DNA from: Ptychomitrium polyphyllum
Lineage: Eukaryota
Assembly: GCA_973851085.1 (NCBI GenBank)
Contig: OZ316775.1
Span: 15,562,001-15,626,000, forward strand
Direction of reading: 5' to 3'
DNA: 64,000 nucleotides
Part shown: piece after piece, positions 1-13,735 of the stretch
Layout: the number at the start of each line of letters is the position of its first letter
Numbering within the stretch: position 1 is the stretch's first letter
The notes under the pieces: generated by a model
What the model was told of the DNA's origin: nothing
The model's input: the letters and a program-made list of their open reading frames with translations, nothing else
The model's database searches: none
Program-made: the position numbers and the translations under genes

Positions 1-600
1 CACTGCATACTACACCAATCCTGAATCAATGCCGCTCTCACAACCCACTTACAGTACTACGCGAAAAGACTGCCACCTCACGAAACCCATACGAAAGTTG
101 ATCGTCAAATGCGCCGATCCACAATTGCACCTGGTCATCGATCGCTACTGGAATCCAAGTCCAACCGGGTTCAGAAGCTGGATCCACTCGGAACGTAATC
201 ACCGGCGTAGGCTGCAACCATGTCTTCCTTCCTGGATCTGCAACCTAGAAGTTCTTCCAGAGTTTCCCAAAGGTCTCCCAAAATAAACTAACTGTCGACC
301 CAAATGTTAAACCTTTGCATCCAACTGTTGAACCTCTGCAGCATGTAATGGTCCTACCCTTCGCATGCACTCAAGACTGCAGCATGCAAGGGAAGCAGAG
401 CAAGAGAGACTCAACCTACTGAAGAATTTAGGTGCTTGAAAGTTGCATGGCGAAGCAGGTGACGGATCCACGATCGCGACGGACGCGACGGATTTCTAGC
501 GTACGCTCGCTGCACTCGCGCGAGAGCGCCGATGCTCAACCTCGCGCTCCCTCCGCCGCGCCACAGTCACGCATCTCCTCCTTTCCTAGATTTCCGACGG
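1..600 (-). other. Possible 5' leader/first exon of a minus-strand gene whose coding part lies outside the window
   Basis: GC-rich, CpG-rich block at about 460-590. A minus-strand donor-like GTAAGT lies at about 52-47. No recognisable protein. Confidence 0.25.
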
Positions 601-1993
601 TAATTGCACTGTATCTACAAAATAATATTTCAGATTTTGATCATGCGCTTCCACGTGTTTTATAAAGTTTTGTAGATTCTCAAAAGAGTGAGGGAGTGTT
701 CGCCTCTTGTAGATCCCGTTGCTCGAGTCAACAGCTGCATGGACATAAATGAACGGAGTTGGGACCTGTGCCCACGCTTGTGTCAAATTGCGCTTGAGAT
801 GCCAATTAGTAAGAAAATCTTTTATCCGACATAACATTCGTTAGCGGATGGTGGGTGAAGGCAGTAACTCCTGTAACAGTGACTTTTGACCAGGTATAAC
901 AACCCGTCCGTCCATGGCCTTGCCATTCCTTAGCATTCAGTAGCACTTACTAAACCATAGATTTTACAGTATTATTTTCGAAAATATTGATTCCAGGGTA
1001 CATCAAGGACCTTGTCTGCAATTTTCAAAAGAATTTAAGCCTTTTTAAACTTTTTATGAGGTTTCAAGTGTAAAACATTTTTGAAACATTTGCAAGTGCA
1101 ATACTAAATACCTAAAATGACAGAAAATTTATTAATAAATTATGGTGTTATTTTATTTTTATTTTTTTAGTACTATATGAAATTTAGCTTCATTGCTTCG
1201 TTAAGTTGGAAATTCCATCACATTAAAGATTATGGTGTTGGAAATCTCATATACTTTGAAAAGTCATATAACATGGAGCTTGATCTCCAAATTGAAAGTT
1301 TATTAAATTCTAAAATGGTAAGCTGGTCATATTTCTTTGCAGTATATATAAAACTTAATACCTGACAATACATTGGAGTACTTGACAATCTAATTTTTAA
1401 AAAAATTCAAAAGAGATATTAAGATCAACAAGGTAAACATAACTTCTCCCTTGGACCATCTAAAATCACATAGGTAAGGATCAATTTCATGAAAAGCCCA
1501 TTTCAAAGCACATTGGACGAAGTGTAAGTTTTTATGACCAATCCGAGAAATCGATTCCCGCATACTGTAATCACATAGCAAATTTGCCGTTTTCTCAGAA
1601 AAGTTAAAAAATACTCCCCAAGCACACACAACTCCGTCAAACAGATACCCTCTTAAAACTCATATTTCTTCTTTGCAAAAAAAGAATTCTTAAAATTTCC
1701 AAAACTGTGAGATCTGTTTTCAGAAGCAGTCAGTGACAGAGCTGTTATGTGAGTATGGCATGAGAATTCAAATGGCCAGAGTGGTACAATATCAGGAAGA
1801 AAATTCTCCTCGGTGTCGTGGATTTGGGTGGTGGACCAGGAGTTGTTGAGCGGTGGAGATGCAGTTATGAAGTGTGGGTTTGACAGGAAGGTGTTGCACG
1901 GTTGTTGAAGGACCACCTCTTCATTGCCGATCATGTCTATTTCCGTGTGTGTTTGCCCTGTTCGAGGCAGCGCCACGTCAATGGCCAACCTTC

Positions 1994-2103
1994 CATATTG
2001 TTTTCATATTGTTTTCATATTGTTTTCATATTGTTTTCATATTGTTTTCATATTGTTTTCATATTGTTTTCATATTGTTTTCATATTGTTTTCATATTGT
2101 TTT
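1994..2103. repeat. Perfect tandem repeat (CATATTGTTTT) x10
   Basis: Ten consecutive 11-bp units are directly visible. They explain the repetitive SYCFHIVFILF ORFs. Confidence 0.97.
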
Positions 2104-2299
2104 ATCAGGTGGACCTGCTGACTGCAAGGGTAAGCTCTTTAAGGAAAGGTTAGTGTAGTTAGCCTACAAATGCGAGCGACCAGGTTCTAGCAAATTACGC
2201 AATAGGAGGTGGGATTTACACTGTAGTGCTTATGTTCACTCATTCTAGATTATTTAGAGCTTAAGGAGAATTTTAATGTATATACAAAGCTATCTTGCA

Positions 2300-5250
2300 A
2301 GTACATCATTTAGGTTTGGTATAATGATCATAGAATAGAAGGTTTTGTTATAATGTATTGAGTGTTAGGTTGCTTATGTTTTTCTTTCATTTTTGTAAAA
2401 TTTGAATTGGTTAAATACAAATAGTAATACTATATGCTATATTGTTTTACACATGATATATACAACAATGTAAACACATATTATTGTGAAAATGATACTT
2501 ATAAAATATAACATAAGGTTTGCTCTCAAAATGACTAAGACTTGGTTTTAAAATATCATGTTTTTTTTAGTGTTAAAGGTATGATTGGAAATGAGATATG
2601 AATACTTTCATTGAACAATCTTTGTAGTAGCTTTATTGTAAAAAACGTGAATCAAATTTGGAGTGATGAAGCCTTCTAAATTGGAAGAATATAATGATTT
2701 GATATTGAAAAATGATTCTAAAATTTGGTTGAAGGCAATTTGCACTTTAAAATTTTATTATTAAATGAAATACAATTATTAACTTTCAACATTGGTTTTT
2801 TTAACATTATCTTCTAAATCCCTTAGCATCTATAAAATAAGTCATTAACATGTTTTAAAATGGTCTCCAAATGTCTAAATTGGCATTGAATTTACAAAAT
2901 AAATGGCTCCTTAATTACAGAGAAGCAATTTCCTTATGCTTTTCAACTCCTAAAATTACTAAATATTCTTTTTAAATTTCACTTGGATATTTGTGGATTT
3001 TAATCTATTGAATATTTTAACATATCTTATTATAAATGAAAAAAAATAAAAAAATAAAAAAATAATATTAGTCAAGTAAAGCAAATTTTGAAAATATGTC
3101 AAAGAATGAAAAAATAGTGAATAAAATCAATTAATAACATCAAAGTTGTAGTTAAAAACTCAAATATGTGATATGTGTAAATTAAAATTATCTTTCTTTA
3201 CTTAAATCAACACCCTCATTTAAAATAAATTAAAATAAATTTTGTATTTAATTAAAAAAATTCATTAATATTTATAATTTTCAATTGAATCTATTTTAAG
3301 TATTTATTAAAATAGAATTTATTAAAAATTCTTTAAATCATGCTAACACATTCTAGATTTATTTTATATACAAAAAATATTTTATAAAAGATTCTTTTAC
3401 TTAACAATTGCACAAAAAAATAATGTATTATTTAAAAAACTTACTATTACAATTGTAACTTTTTGTTGATTTTTGAATGAAAATGAGTTCATACTTCACT
3501 TCTATTTGGTGCAATCATTTTAAACAACTTGGAGCTATGATGTTGTTGGTGCCATTTAAGCCCATGCTCTAACAAAACTTAATCAATAATATTCTTTCTA
3601 TTAAAGCCTTTCACATTGAAAATGGTTTAAAATTGAATGGTGCAAAAACAATTTTTTTCTTTAAGCAATGCAAATAGTGAAGTCAAGAAGGATTTTATTT
3701 ATATATATTTTTAATACATTTTTCCAAATTGTGGTGAAAATTCTTTTATATTGGTTTTTTTTGCTAGCTAGGTTTTTAATCCAAAACCTACTCTTTCTTG
3801 AATACCTTAAATGATGCAACTTAAAAACTTGAATTTTTTGCAAATTTGTATTAATATTTTGTTAATTTGTAAAATCCCACAATTCTAAACATTGAATCTA
3901 TGTTTTTTTATTCCAAGATCTAACATGTACGTTGTGTTTGAAAAGATTTAAAAGGCAAAGTCCAAACTATTCCTTTTTAATTTGATAACATTTAAAATTT
4001 TATCAAATACGGCCGTATAAACTTCTACACACCTTTTTGGAGCTAATACTTACTCCATCCATTATACACAATCTATTAATTACTCTTTAATACTTTCCAT
4101 TAGCCTTCAACTACAACCTCTATTTCAAGAAAGATAATGAATATTCACAATTAATAATAAAGATTCAAATTTTTTATTCTTAAGAATTGGATCAATGGCT
4201 ATTTTTAAGGCAGCTCTAACTCTAATCATTCATTCACTCTAACTATTAATTTTAGTCTAAAATTACTCATTTTAATATAATACAATCCATCATAATATAA
4301 TAATATTCAATATCTACAAAGTAGTATTTTTTTCATTTAACATCAATTCAATAAGACGTGTTTTGTATTGGTTGTTTTTATTAATAGAATGCGCATTTCA
4401 ATTTAATAAAAAATTTAAAGATATTAATAATAATCCAATTACTTTATAATATTTAATTTTTGAAAGATAAATGCAAATGCTAGATTAAATTGTAGAATTA
4501 GATGATAAAAATTTAATCTTTAATACAACTAACCATCACAATTCAATTTACATTTATTATTTTTAATGAAAAATTGTTGAATTTATGTTAATTATAAAAA
4601 TCAGTTGAATTACCAATTATATAATCTCATAAATTCATCTTTCTGCATCATTGTTGATTAAGTCTTATTAAGAATTTTAAAATAAATAGTACCAAAACTT
4701 AAGTGTGTGAATTTACATATATAATTTTAAGAGTAATATGAAATGTTTTGTATACTTTGTGAAAATTTGGTACAAAAATCAAAGTTGTTTTAATGTTCAT
4801 AAATTTATAAATTAAGTATATAAAATTTCTTTAGAATAACAGTGGAAAAGGCTTTTATATGTACAATCAATAAATATAATTTTTTGAAACTTATTTTAGA
4901 ATCAAATTTCTTTCTTAAATTTATCTACATGCTTGTTGATTGAAGAACAACCTTAGTCATGTGTTTGAAATTGCATAATAAGTTTGCAAGAAAATTTAAT
5001 ATTATATGAAACTTATAAACTTTGAAACATTATAAAAACTAGTAAGAGAACCATCACATCTTCAATGTGATGGTATTTAATGCAGATTTTTGTACAATAT
5101 TAAAAAGTAAAAAATAAACAATAACACAACAAGAACAATAATCAATAGAAAAATAAATAAAAATAAAATAAAAACAAAAAGATTTTAATTTTTTTTAATA
5201 AATACGAATAGACAGATAAGACCAGACTATAAGATTTCTTTTTCTGGCTA
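2300..5250. other. Very AT-rich intergenic block, probably decayed transposon-derived DNA
   Basis: Extreme A/T content, no long ORFs and an abrupt boundary with GC-rich DNA at about 5260. No diagnostic motif was recognised. Confidence 0.4.
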
Positions 5251-5586
5251 CGTACAAAAACCTAAAAGTCCAATTTTGTTGCAAGCCTCAAATTGCCCAT
5301 GTGCCCACCTCCTATACACTCACCTACTATGTTCCCACATATTACGGTTGCTACGTCCCCACCTGCTGCGACAACTGTGGGCCCACCTGCTATGACGGCT
5401 ACGTTCCCACAGAGCTTTGAACGTACCCAGGGTACGTAACCATAACCACGATAGCGCTGGGATGGGAGCGCCACCCCGTTCCATGTCGATCAGCACCTGT
5501 GCAGTGTTCCCCGGCACGCGAACGCAAAGCGCCGCCAGGACTTGGAGACCATACCACGCAAATGCGACCCGAGAGCGAACGAAGAG

Positions 5587-5596
5587 GCCACGTGGC
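5587..5596. promoter_or_regulatory. Palindromic G-box/ABRE (GCCACGTGGC) upstream of the ABC1K gene
   Basis: Perfect 10-bp palindrome in the GC-rich region about 730 bp upstream of the ATG. Confidence 0.4.
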
Positions 5597-6322
5597 ACAC
5601 AGGACCGAGGCGTAGGCTTTAGCCCAAGAGAGGGCCAGCCGCACACTCACAAGCCACCCCGGATCGCCAATCTCGGCAGCAAGAGTTATGAGGTCCTCAG
5701 GTGCCCCACTGCGCTGCAGGGAAGCGTAGCGCACTGAGGTCGGACACTACAACAAAAACAAACCGTCCTGCTTTTTGTTTCATGAAGGCCATGGTAACTG
5801 CGGGTAACTTGCCGCTGGATGAAGTGAACACTCTGTGAGGATGTGCTTGTGTGGTACCCAGTCTTATAATTGTGTGGCCCTCTGTTGGCGATTCTGCTGC
5901 AGCTTCAGTAGCGGTGTCGCAGTTTCACCCCCCAAGAGTTTTTGTTGTGTCACAGTTGCTGAACTCGGGACTTGGATCGGGAGTAGGGGCATAGACTGTG
6001 AGAGGATTTCGTTTCGTTGGCCTAGGTTTGTGTTGTTGTGTTCAGGCTTCATGACGTTTCCCAGCTCACGGAGCTCAAGGCTTGTGTGTGCATGCATGCA
6101 TGCGTTGAATTCCGGGACGAGTTGCTAGATTGGGAGTGTTTGAGGAGCGTGGAGGAGTTGGGAGGGATTTGGAGAATTGGAAAAGGTGGCAGTTCTCTTT
6201 CGCGTTGCGATGGAGTTGCGGAGTTTGGGGCTGCGCAGCAGTGGGATGCGTCCTCTTCGTGGGTTTTGAATGACGTAGAAAAGCGTTGAGAGTTTTGAGA
6301 GACTTTGGCATTTTAGGTCTCG

Positions 6323-9300
6323 ATGGGTGCGGAGCGGGCGGAGGGAGGGAGGCCAGCGATGAGTCCCTTTGGGTGGATTGGGATTCATGTGAAGGAATGG
6401 ATATCGGCGGAGAAGAGGCGAGCGGTGTATTTGAGTGCTGGCATGCAGGGGTTTTGGGAGGAGAAGAAGCGGTCTGCTCGTTTGTGTGGGATTTATGAGC
6501 GGCACCAGAAGATGGATGAGCGTGTGAAGCAGTTCGCGACGTTGATGCTGGATGAGAAGAAGAGGACTGCGCATATTAGCGCTATGCATGAATTGGGGAT
6601 TAAGACTCACAAGAAAATGGATCGCACTGTACAGTTCTGGACTCGGACGATTGCCATCTATGCGAGTTACAAGGTTTGTTTAAACTCTGTTCCATCTTTT
6701 GCATTCATACCGCAGAAACATGTTCAATTTCTGTGAAGATTTTGTTCCAGAGCTGTGTTTGAAGTTGGAGGTAATGGAGCCATCAGAATCCTTTAACAAA
6801 ACAAAGCTATTCGCGGATGGTGTTCAACTTGGTGCACAGGCAACTCAGGCTCGCGTCCAGTTTGTGAAGGATGAAGCGGAGCGCGAGCGGTTATGGGAGC
6901 AGCGACACGAGATAGCGGCAGACAAGATTTATTCTTTGTGTACCGAATTAGGGGGTTTTTTTTTGAAAGTGAGTTGGTGTTGCGTTTGAGTTTGTGTTTT
7001 GAAATGAAATTCAGGCATTAGATATATTTCTGCAAACTTCTTGACACTCGTCATCTCCAGGTGACAGTGCACGTCGTTGTCATTACTGCCATGTTAATAG
7101 TGCCTGTTCTTTACTTTGGGTAAACGAGGGATTTGCCTTTTTGATTGCACTAATGGTGGTTTGTGTTTTGCAGTCGGCGCAAATCCTAGCAAAACCCGAT
7201 CTGGCACCTTTAGCATGGGTGAAGAGATTAGTGGTCTTGTGCGACCATGCACCACAGACTCCCTTTGCGACCGTCCTGAAGGTTTTGGAACACGAATTGG
7301 GAAGGCCTGTGGATGATGTGTTTGAGCGCTTTGAAACCGAACCTCTTGGTTCAGCATCTATTGCCCAGGTACAAATCGATCAAGCTATTTCAGGTTTTAG
7401 TTTTTGAAAGTTCAGTTTACTGGTAAACTTGATTGAAAGTTCGGGATTCATTTAATGCTTTGGATTTGATCTCTCCGACTGGGCATCAAAGCTGTTTGTA
7501 GTGTCTTCGGATAGTTCTGTCCATGCATTGCACAGTAACAGAAAGTTGATTGTTTTTTTAATAAGTTCTGCTAGTGATAGTTCTTTCTAACGGTTTACGT
7601 GATAACATACACATAGTGAACCTAGGTGACTGCTCAAAATGTTGCCAGTAATAGACACGTTCCTTTATTGGATGTTTACATCTCCTTTGGGTCTGGGAAT
7701 TTGTATAATAGTACTATCCTCTGATTGACAAGTTTTGAGCCAATCCTCTCCTTTCGTGATTAACTCTCATCTTATCCCTAATGGATTTGTAACTGAGATG
7801 ATTTTTTAAACTTTTTGGTGAAGCGAATCCACAGAAAACTCTAATGGTTATCGTCAACTCTATGGCTTGTTTTTGCGCAGGTTCATCGTGCTAGGATAAA
7901 GGGTGCAACTAATGATGTTGCTGTCAAGGTAATCCTACCATCTGCTGCGGCTTCTTGTTTTCTGAGACATTGTCAGATGTTTGGTTGTGTTTTGTTTGTT
8001 GTAGTCAACTTTCTTGTGGACAGAAGACTGGAGAGTGATATTAAAGAGCAGTGTGGACTTAGGCAAAGTGTGTCTAGTTTGTTCTGGCTGTTTGTGTTGA
8101 CAATGTAGAAGCTTTTCTCACATACTCTGGCTTCTTTGATATGGTGAATAGGTGCAACATCCTGGAGCACATGAATTGATGATGACTGACATCCGGAACC
8201 AAAAAGTTTTTGCGAGCTTCTTACAGCGATTTGATGTACAATTTGATCTAATTTCCATCCTTGATGAACTCGAAGAACAGGTTCAATTCTTTTACCTTTT
8301 CATTAGTTCTAGGTTCTCTTATATATATACTTTGGGTGATTTTAATAGAGTTGATTGTCTTTATTACCTGACATGTTCTCCTTTTGCAGGTTGAATTTGA
8401 GTTTGATTTTGTGAGGGAAGCAAAATCAATGGACCGCATTTCTGAATCATTGAATGTAGCTTTTAAAGGGAAACCCCCCATTACGATACCCCACTCTGTG
8501 CCGAACTTGGTCACTGAGTAAGTCTGCAATTTTATGTGGTGAACGAATTTGGGATCGTGTATATCGGATTGTAAAATGCATTCGTCTTTGTATGATAATT
8601 TACTTCATATTCATTACCCTACTAATGTCTCCTTCCTTTGTTCTTTGTAAGTTTTGAAGATGCTTAGTCACTCTTACAATTCAAATTTGTTGTTTTGGGA
8701 TAGTTGTTCCCGAATTTCTTGCTTTCCTAAGGATCTGAGTTGATGATTTGCAGAAAAGTGTTGGTAATGGACTTTATCGAAGGTACACCAATATTGTTAA
8801 TGGGAGATGAAATGGCAAAGCGGGGTATCAATCCCAACGGTTCTGTTGCCAAACATGTTAAGAGGTCAGGGACATACCACAGTTTATCTATCCTGGTTCA
8901 AGCGTACGTATTCTAGTGTTCTGCACTGAATGATATAACTCACGTTGCATATTATGTGTAGTTTGGCTTAGCCGGTAGTAGTTTTACTATGTTCAATTTG
9001 GTGCATTGGATGTCTCTTTCAAAATGGACTCCTGTAGTTAAGCTTGCAATCTTATTTGCTGAACTCTCTCAAAGCTTGACTCGTATGGCTCTTTGATGCA
9101 CATGGACAACATATTCCATGTTTTATTTATTAAAATCAACGTCATATATAAAACGCGATTGATACATGAAGACCGTGATTTAGGCGTAGCAAATGATTCG
9201 CTTTGAGTTTCGACCTAAACGGATTGGACATATGTGCCCACAGGAATATCTTGAGAGACTTGACAACATCGTATGGTGAGATGATCTTAAGAGATGGCTT

Positions 9301-10841
9301 TTTTCAAGCTGATCCCCATCCTGGAAATGTTCTAATCAACAAGAAAGGCAAGGCAAGCGTCCTCGTTCCTTGTTCTGCATTTCGTATTTACGTCCTGTTT
9401 ACCAGCTATTTGATTAATATGTTTTTGTGAGTCTTCTGCCTGGAGATATGCCTGGATTTATATGTTTGAATAATCTTACTTGTGATGAGAAAAGCATTGA
9501 GTTGCACTTTCAGTTTTATATACCAAACAAAAAGAGTCACCAAATATATCCTAGGCGTTTGGTATTTTGCCTGCAAAGATCTCTCCGCATGTAGGTACGC
9601 TTCCTGAGATGGTTGGATTGTTACAGGTGGCACTCCTGGATTATGGGCAGGTTAAAGAGATTAATGATCACATCAGGTTGGGTTTTGCACGGCTAATAGT
9701 CGCACTCGCATCAAGCAACGTGCGAGAGATGGGCCTGTCTTTTCGGTAGGCTGCCAATTCTATAGCTCATTTCTACCCAATCTCGAAGTACAAAGTAACA
9801 GTTAAATGTCATCTGAAGGCTGAATTTAAATGCAAATCTTTCCCTCGAGCACCTCAGAAGTGAAACAACATTCTTCACAATTCTGTTAACTGGCTCTGTA
9901 GGGACGCACAAACACACAAGCAGAGTTCTTCTAGGAAAGAATAGAGGATTTAAAAGTCAAGCTATATGAGTCGATCGTTGTTATTTTAAGCTATTTTCTC
10001 GTAACATTGTTTGGAGAAAATGACAAGGTTCCGAGCTATCACTTTTGTTGGTACTTTGGCTTTTAGGGATCTTGGTATTGAGACGACAGTAGCTGCAGAA
10101 AGCGACCCAAATAACTTCAAGACTTTAGCTGTTATGATGTTTGACACAAAGCTGCCTCCGGGTATCACCATAGCGAGCCCATTTGGTGATGATTCAGTGC
10201 TTAACGATATCTCTGTGAAGGTGCTCATACTATCCTTGAGTGTTAAATTAGATATTTCTCATATTGGAATGAATTGGTATTGTTGAGGTTTGTACTGTCT
10301 TGTGTTGTGTACATGCTGAAGATCGTGATGCATTTCTATGTGAGTGATATAATTGGTTGACATTACATGATGCACTTGGACGTTTAAGTAATTTTCTTGA
10401 AATAGGGATATAATTCTGAAGATTTGAAACTGGCTGATTTGTACAGACCTTTCCTCGAGGCTTGTTTTACATTTTGCGTACTATACACATACTGCGAGGA
10501 CTGAGTGTGGGAATGGACTCACCTTTGTCTTCAGCCGAATTGTGGAAGCCACTTGCTTTAAAAGTTTTGGCTGCTGCTGGCAAATCCTCTACTAAAAGTG
10601 ATTCAAGTAAGCACTTTGTTCGGCAAGTCTAGACTATTTCTAGTTCATGTAAAGAATTACTTGTGCTAGTTTCCAGTATCACAGAACTATCCGGAACTGC
10701 TTTTATTATGAGCCATTTTTGATATGGTTGATATGGGGATGACAATCAGATGTAGGGCTCGAACCCGAGAAGCGAAGGGAGCTTGCATGGGAGAGAAGAC
10801 CCAGGTTGAGGCGGCGTGGTCGAATACAATCAGCTCGATAG
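6323..10841 (+). CDS. ABC1/UbiB (aarF-domain) atypical protein kinase, 12 exons
   Basis: Exons at about 6323-6673, 6840-6968, 7174-7368, 7881-7928, 8152-8280, 8390-8517, 8754-8864, 9244-9352, 9627-9745, 10067-10220, 10447-10606 and 10750-10841. Motifs: LGGFFLK, PLGSASIAQVHRA, VAVKVQHPG, EFDFVREA, VLVMDFIEG, GFFQADPHPGN, VALLDYGQVK. The start could instead be the second ATG at 6359. Confidence 0.93.
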
Positions 10842-11239
10842 CAATTTGTCTGTATTGGTTCTTCTTTAGATGCTGATACGGTTTTTGTAATCTTCAGACG
10901 AGGCTTGAGCCAAGGGCTGTATACGAAAGTTTCCAGTTAGTGATACTCATACCAATTCCTAACCATTCATTGTATTCTTTAGTTGAAGTTTCATTGAAAC
11001 CCCAAAATGACACTCGAAGGGCTTCCCACCTCCCTTTAAGAATATATTAAGTTGTTGAGAATGAATAGGAACATACTACTGTATGCACTACTTTTTAGAG
11101 TTCATTCCAATTTTTCAAAATTACTTTTACACGTACTGCTTTTTTTGTAGCGATATCATTGACAAGTATGTTTTACTTATGGTTATGATTGCATATGCAT
11201 CTCACTCCTATATAAATCTTAGCGTCTCTTTCAGGAGAG

Positions 11240-11343
11240 CTGTTTAGGATTTGCACATATCGTATCATTGTATTACTGTTTAGGAATTGCACGTTATCGT
11301 ATCATTGTATTACTGTTTAGGAATTGCACGTTATCGTATCATT
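11240..11343. repeat. About 3 tandem copies of a 36-37 bp unit (CTGTTTAGGAATTGCACGTTATCGTATCATTGTATTA)
   Basis: Directly visible between the convergent 3' ends of the ABC1K and EUL genes. Confidence 0.9.
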
Positions 11344-12152
11344 CGATTTATTGGCGATTTGAGTATCAGAATATTTGAGTACCCGGGTTATGTGGGAGTT
11401 TGTAAACGCACAAAACCTCTGCGTCTGTATTAAACGTGGTTCATACTTTGAAAGTGTTACGAATAGTTTTACCAAATGGATTGAGAAAAAGTATTCCTAT
11501 CAAATTAACAGGCAACGCAAAGACTTAGAAATTTTAGTTGTGCACCTCCATTCCATTTCGAAGGGTTGCTTATGAAAGTTGCTTACGAACACGTGAGAAC
11601 CAACGTAGAGCGAGTTACAAATAGAAGATGACCATTGCATTAATGTTCAGTTTACATCTTGCAGTACGGGACGATCAACTATCCTCTCTTCTCTTGGTTT
11701 GCTAAAAGTTTAAAAATCGTTGTATTCTTTACCCAGATAACCTGCGCCACTTATACAGCGGCGCATCTGGCCATAGAACTGTAGATACTGTACTTAGCAC
11801 TTGGAGAAAAGGCGGATTATTGTTGAAGAGCTGTTGATCATGGTGCAAGATGATGCAGCTAAGGACACAAAATTACGACAGAGCCACCAACAGAACTGTT
11901 TTATAATTTTGTTTGGAAGTAGGAATGCTGCTACATAAGAAGTTCCAAATACGTATTTTCATACCTGTCATCATAAAACTGATCTTAAACTGTAAAATTG
12001 GATTGTTCAGTCCTCCTACACCTTCATTAAAAACGTTCGTATATTCTGTTGCCCCAGCAAATGCTCATACACAATTACAGGGCCTACTCATAGATACATC
12101 CCTGAAAAACATCCGCATCATAGTCACCCAAACACCCCATCCTCAGAAACTC

Positions 12153-13735
12153 TCCTGCACACAAACGGCACAGCTTAGACTCATCATCCGCGTATTTACA
12201 AGCATTCGGGTAAGGTTCCACAAAAGTATTTACAGCTCTGATATTGATCTAGAAAATGTAATTCCAAACATAAGGGTGAAACATGCAGCAACTTACAAGC
12301 AGGAGTCATCTTCCAGATTTGGTTGTCCTGCTTCTTCCAAGCATACGTGATTACAGGTGAACCATGCTTCACGCCTCCTGATTTCTTATCCCCACGAAGA
12401 ACATCCAAGTTTCTTGTGATCTTCGTTGCCGGGCGAACGCAGCGGTAGCCTTCGCCCATATCCTCACTCATTGTCCACCACACGGTCTCATCACGACCCT
12501 TGGGTTCATACTCTGCCAACAAACACTGTAAGACAATCTAATTAGATAGCATCGTCAACACATTGAAATATGGGCTTCGAAGACGAGCAGATGAGGAGTT
12601 GCAGAGATTTAGGCACTGACATAGATGTTCGTAAAAAAAGATTACCTGCATAAGATCTTCAGGTGCATGTCGCAAAGCTTCACCTGTAGCCTTGTTAATC
12701 AGGGAGAAGGCAGATGCCCCAGTTTCATCTTTCACTCGTGTGCCCATAGTCTCGTCTTTGTACCAAACCTGATGGAATTCAATCGAGCATTCAGAGAATA
12801 CTATAATCAATATGAAGAACACCAGGTATGCAAGGCCAGTTATTCTACGTTCAGTAATGTGATAATGAGAGTATAAAAGAGCAGTTTATGGAAACCTATA
12901 AAACTGCAAGAAACTGAACCAAGAGACTAAATCAAAAACCTACTGCAAACTTTTTACATTACAAAGCATTATATTCACACTTAATCTACCAATCTAATCT
13001 AAGGATAAAAGAAACATTCCGCAATGCGTTGAATTACTCACCTGATAGTCATCCCTCGGATCAGCGAGGACCACCACCGGGCCTTGATCCGGAATAACAG
13101 CGAGGTTAAAATTAGGATCTGCCTTACAGTGCAGTCTTACTGGAAGTCCAAGTATGTGCCTTTGGCGAAGACCCTCACCCTCTTCATTCATGGTCTTGTG
13201 GCGATTCGGAGCGGGCGCATACGGCGAGGTATGGTATGAATCACCTCCATAACTATGACCTACATCACATCCCAAAATTCCAAAACCAGCTCAGTAGCTA
13301 ACACAGGCCTCACAATACATAGCCAGAGAAAAAGTGAGGACGTTAGGCCTTCATCGACAAGATCACATTGCGGCTCATGAACTTGCAAATAAACACAACC
13401 ACAAAAGCAAAAGGATTTGCAACCATGTAACCTGATGCAGGATAGGCACCGGAGCCGTAGGGTTCTGGTCCAGGAGGGTATTGAGAAGAATTCTTCTGCT
13501 CCTCATATCCTCCGTGTCGCTGCTCTTGGTATGGAGCAGGTCGATTTTCCTGCCCATACGGCCCTTCGCCATACCCGTGCGGCGCAGAACCGCCATAGTC
13601 TGGCCTAGAAGGAGGCGGCGGCCTGTGCTCGAGGTTGCTTCCGTATTCTGGCCCTTCTGAATGGTGGTGTAGTCTCCTCGGGGATCCCCCCTCCTGGGGA
13701 TACGGGTTGTATGGCCCTCCCTCGCCGTGATACAT
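12153..13735 (-). CDS. EUL: Euonymus lectin (EUL, ricin-B-like) protein with a G/P/Y/H-rich N-terminal extension
   Basis: Exons at about 13735-13432, 13259-13042, 12768-12646 and 12525-12297, with a probable split stop completed at 12154-12153. The EUL domain reads VRLHCKADPNFNLAV...ADPRDDYQVWYKD...VKDETGASAFSLINKATGEALRH...WTMSEDMGEGYRCVR...DNQIWK and includes the QxW motif. Confidence 0.9.

Noticed and set aside
1874..2158. ORFs with repeated SYCFHIVFILF peptides
   Set aside because: They are by-products of a stop-free 11-bp tandem repeat.
5299..5439. Short P/T/A-rich ORF with CCCACCTGCT-like repeats
   Set aside because: It is only 46 codons with no signal peptide, and is most likely low-complexity promoter-flank DNA.
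11240..11343. 37-bp repeats of CRISPR-like length
   Set aside because: The units are directly adjacent with no unique spacers, there are no cas genes, and the context is eukaryotic.
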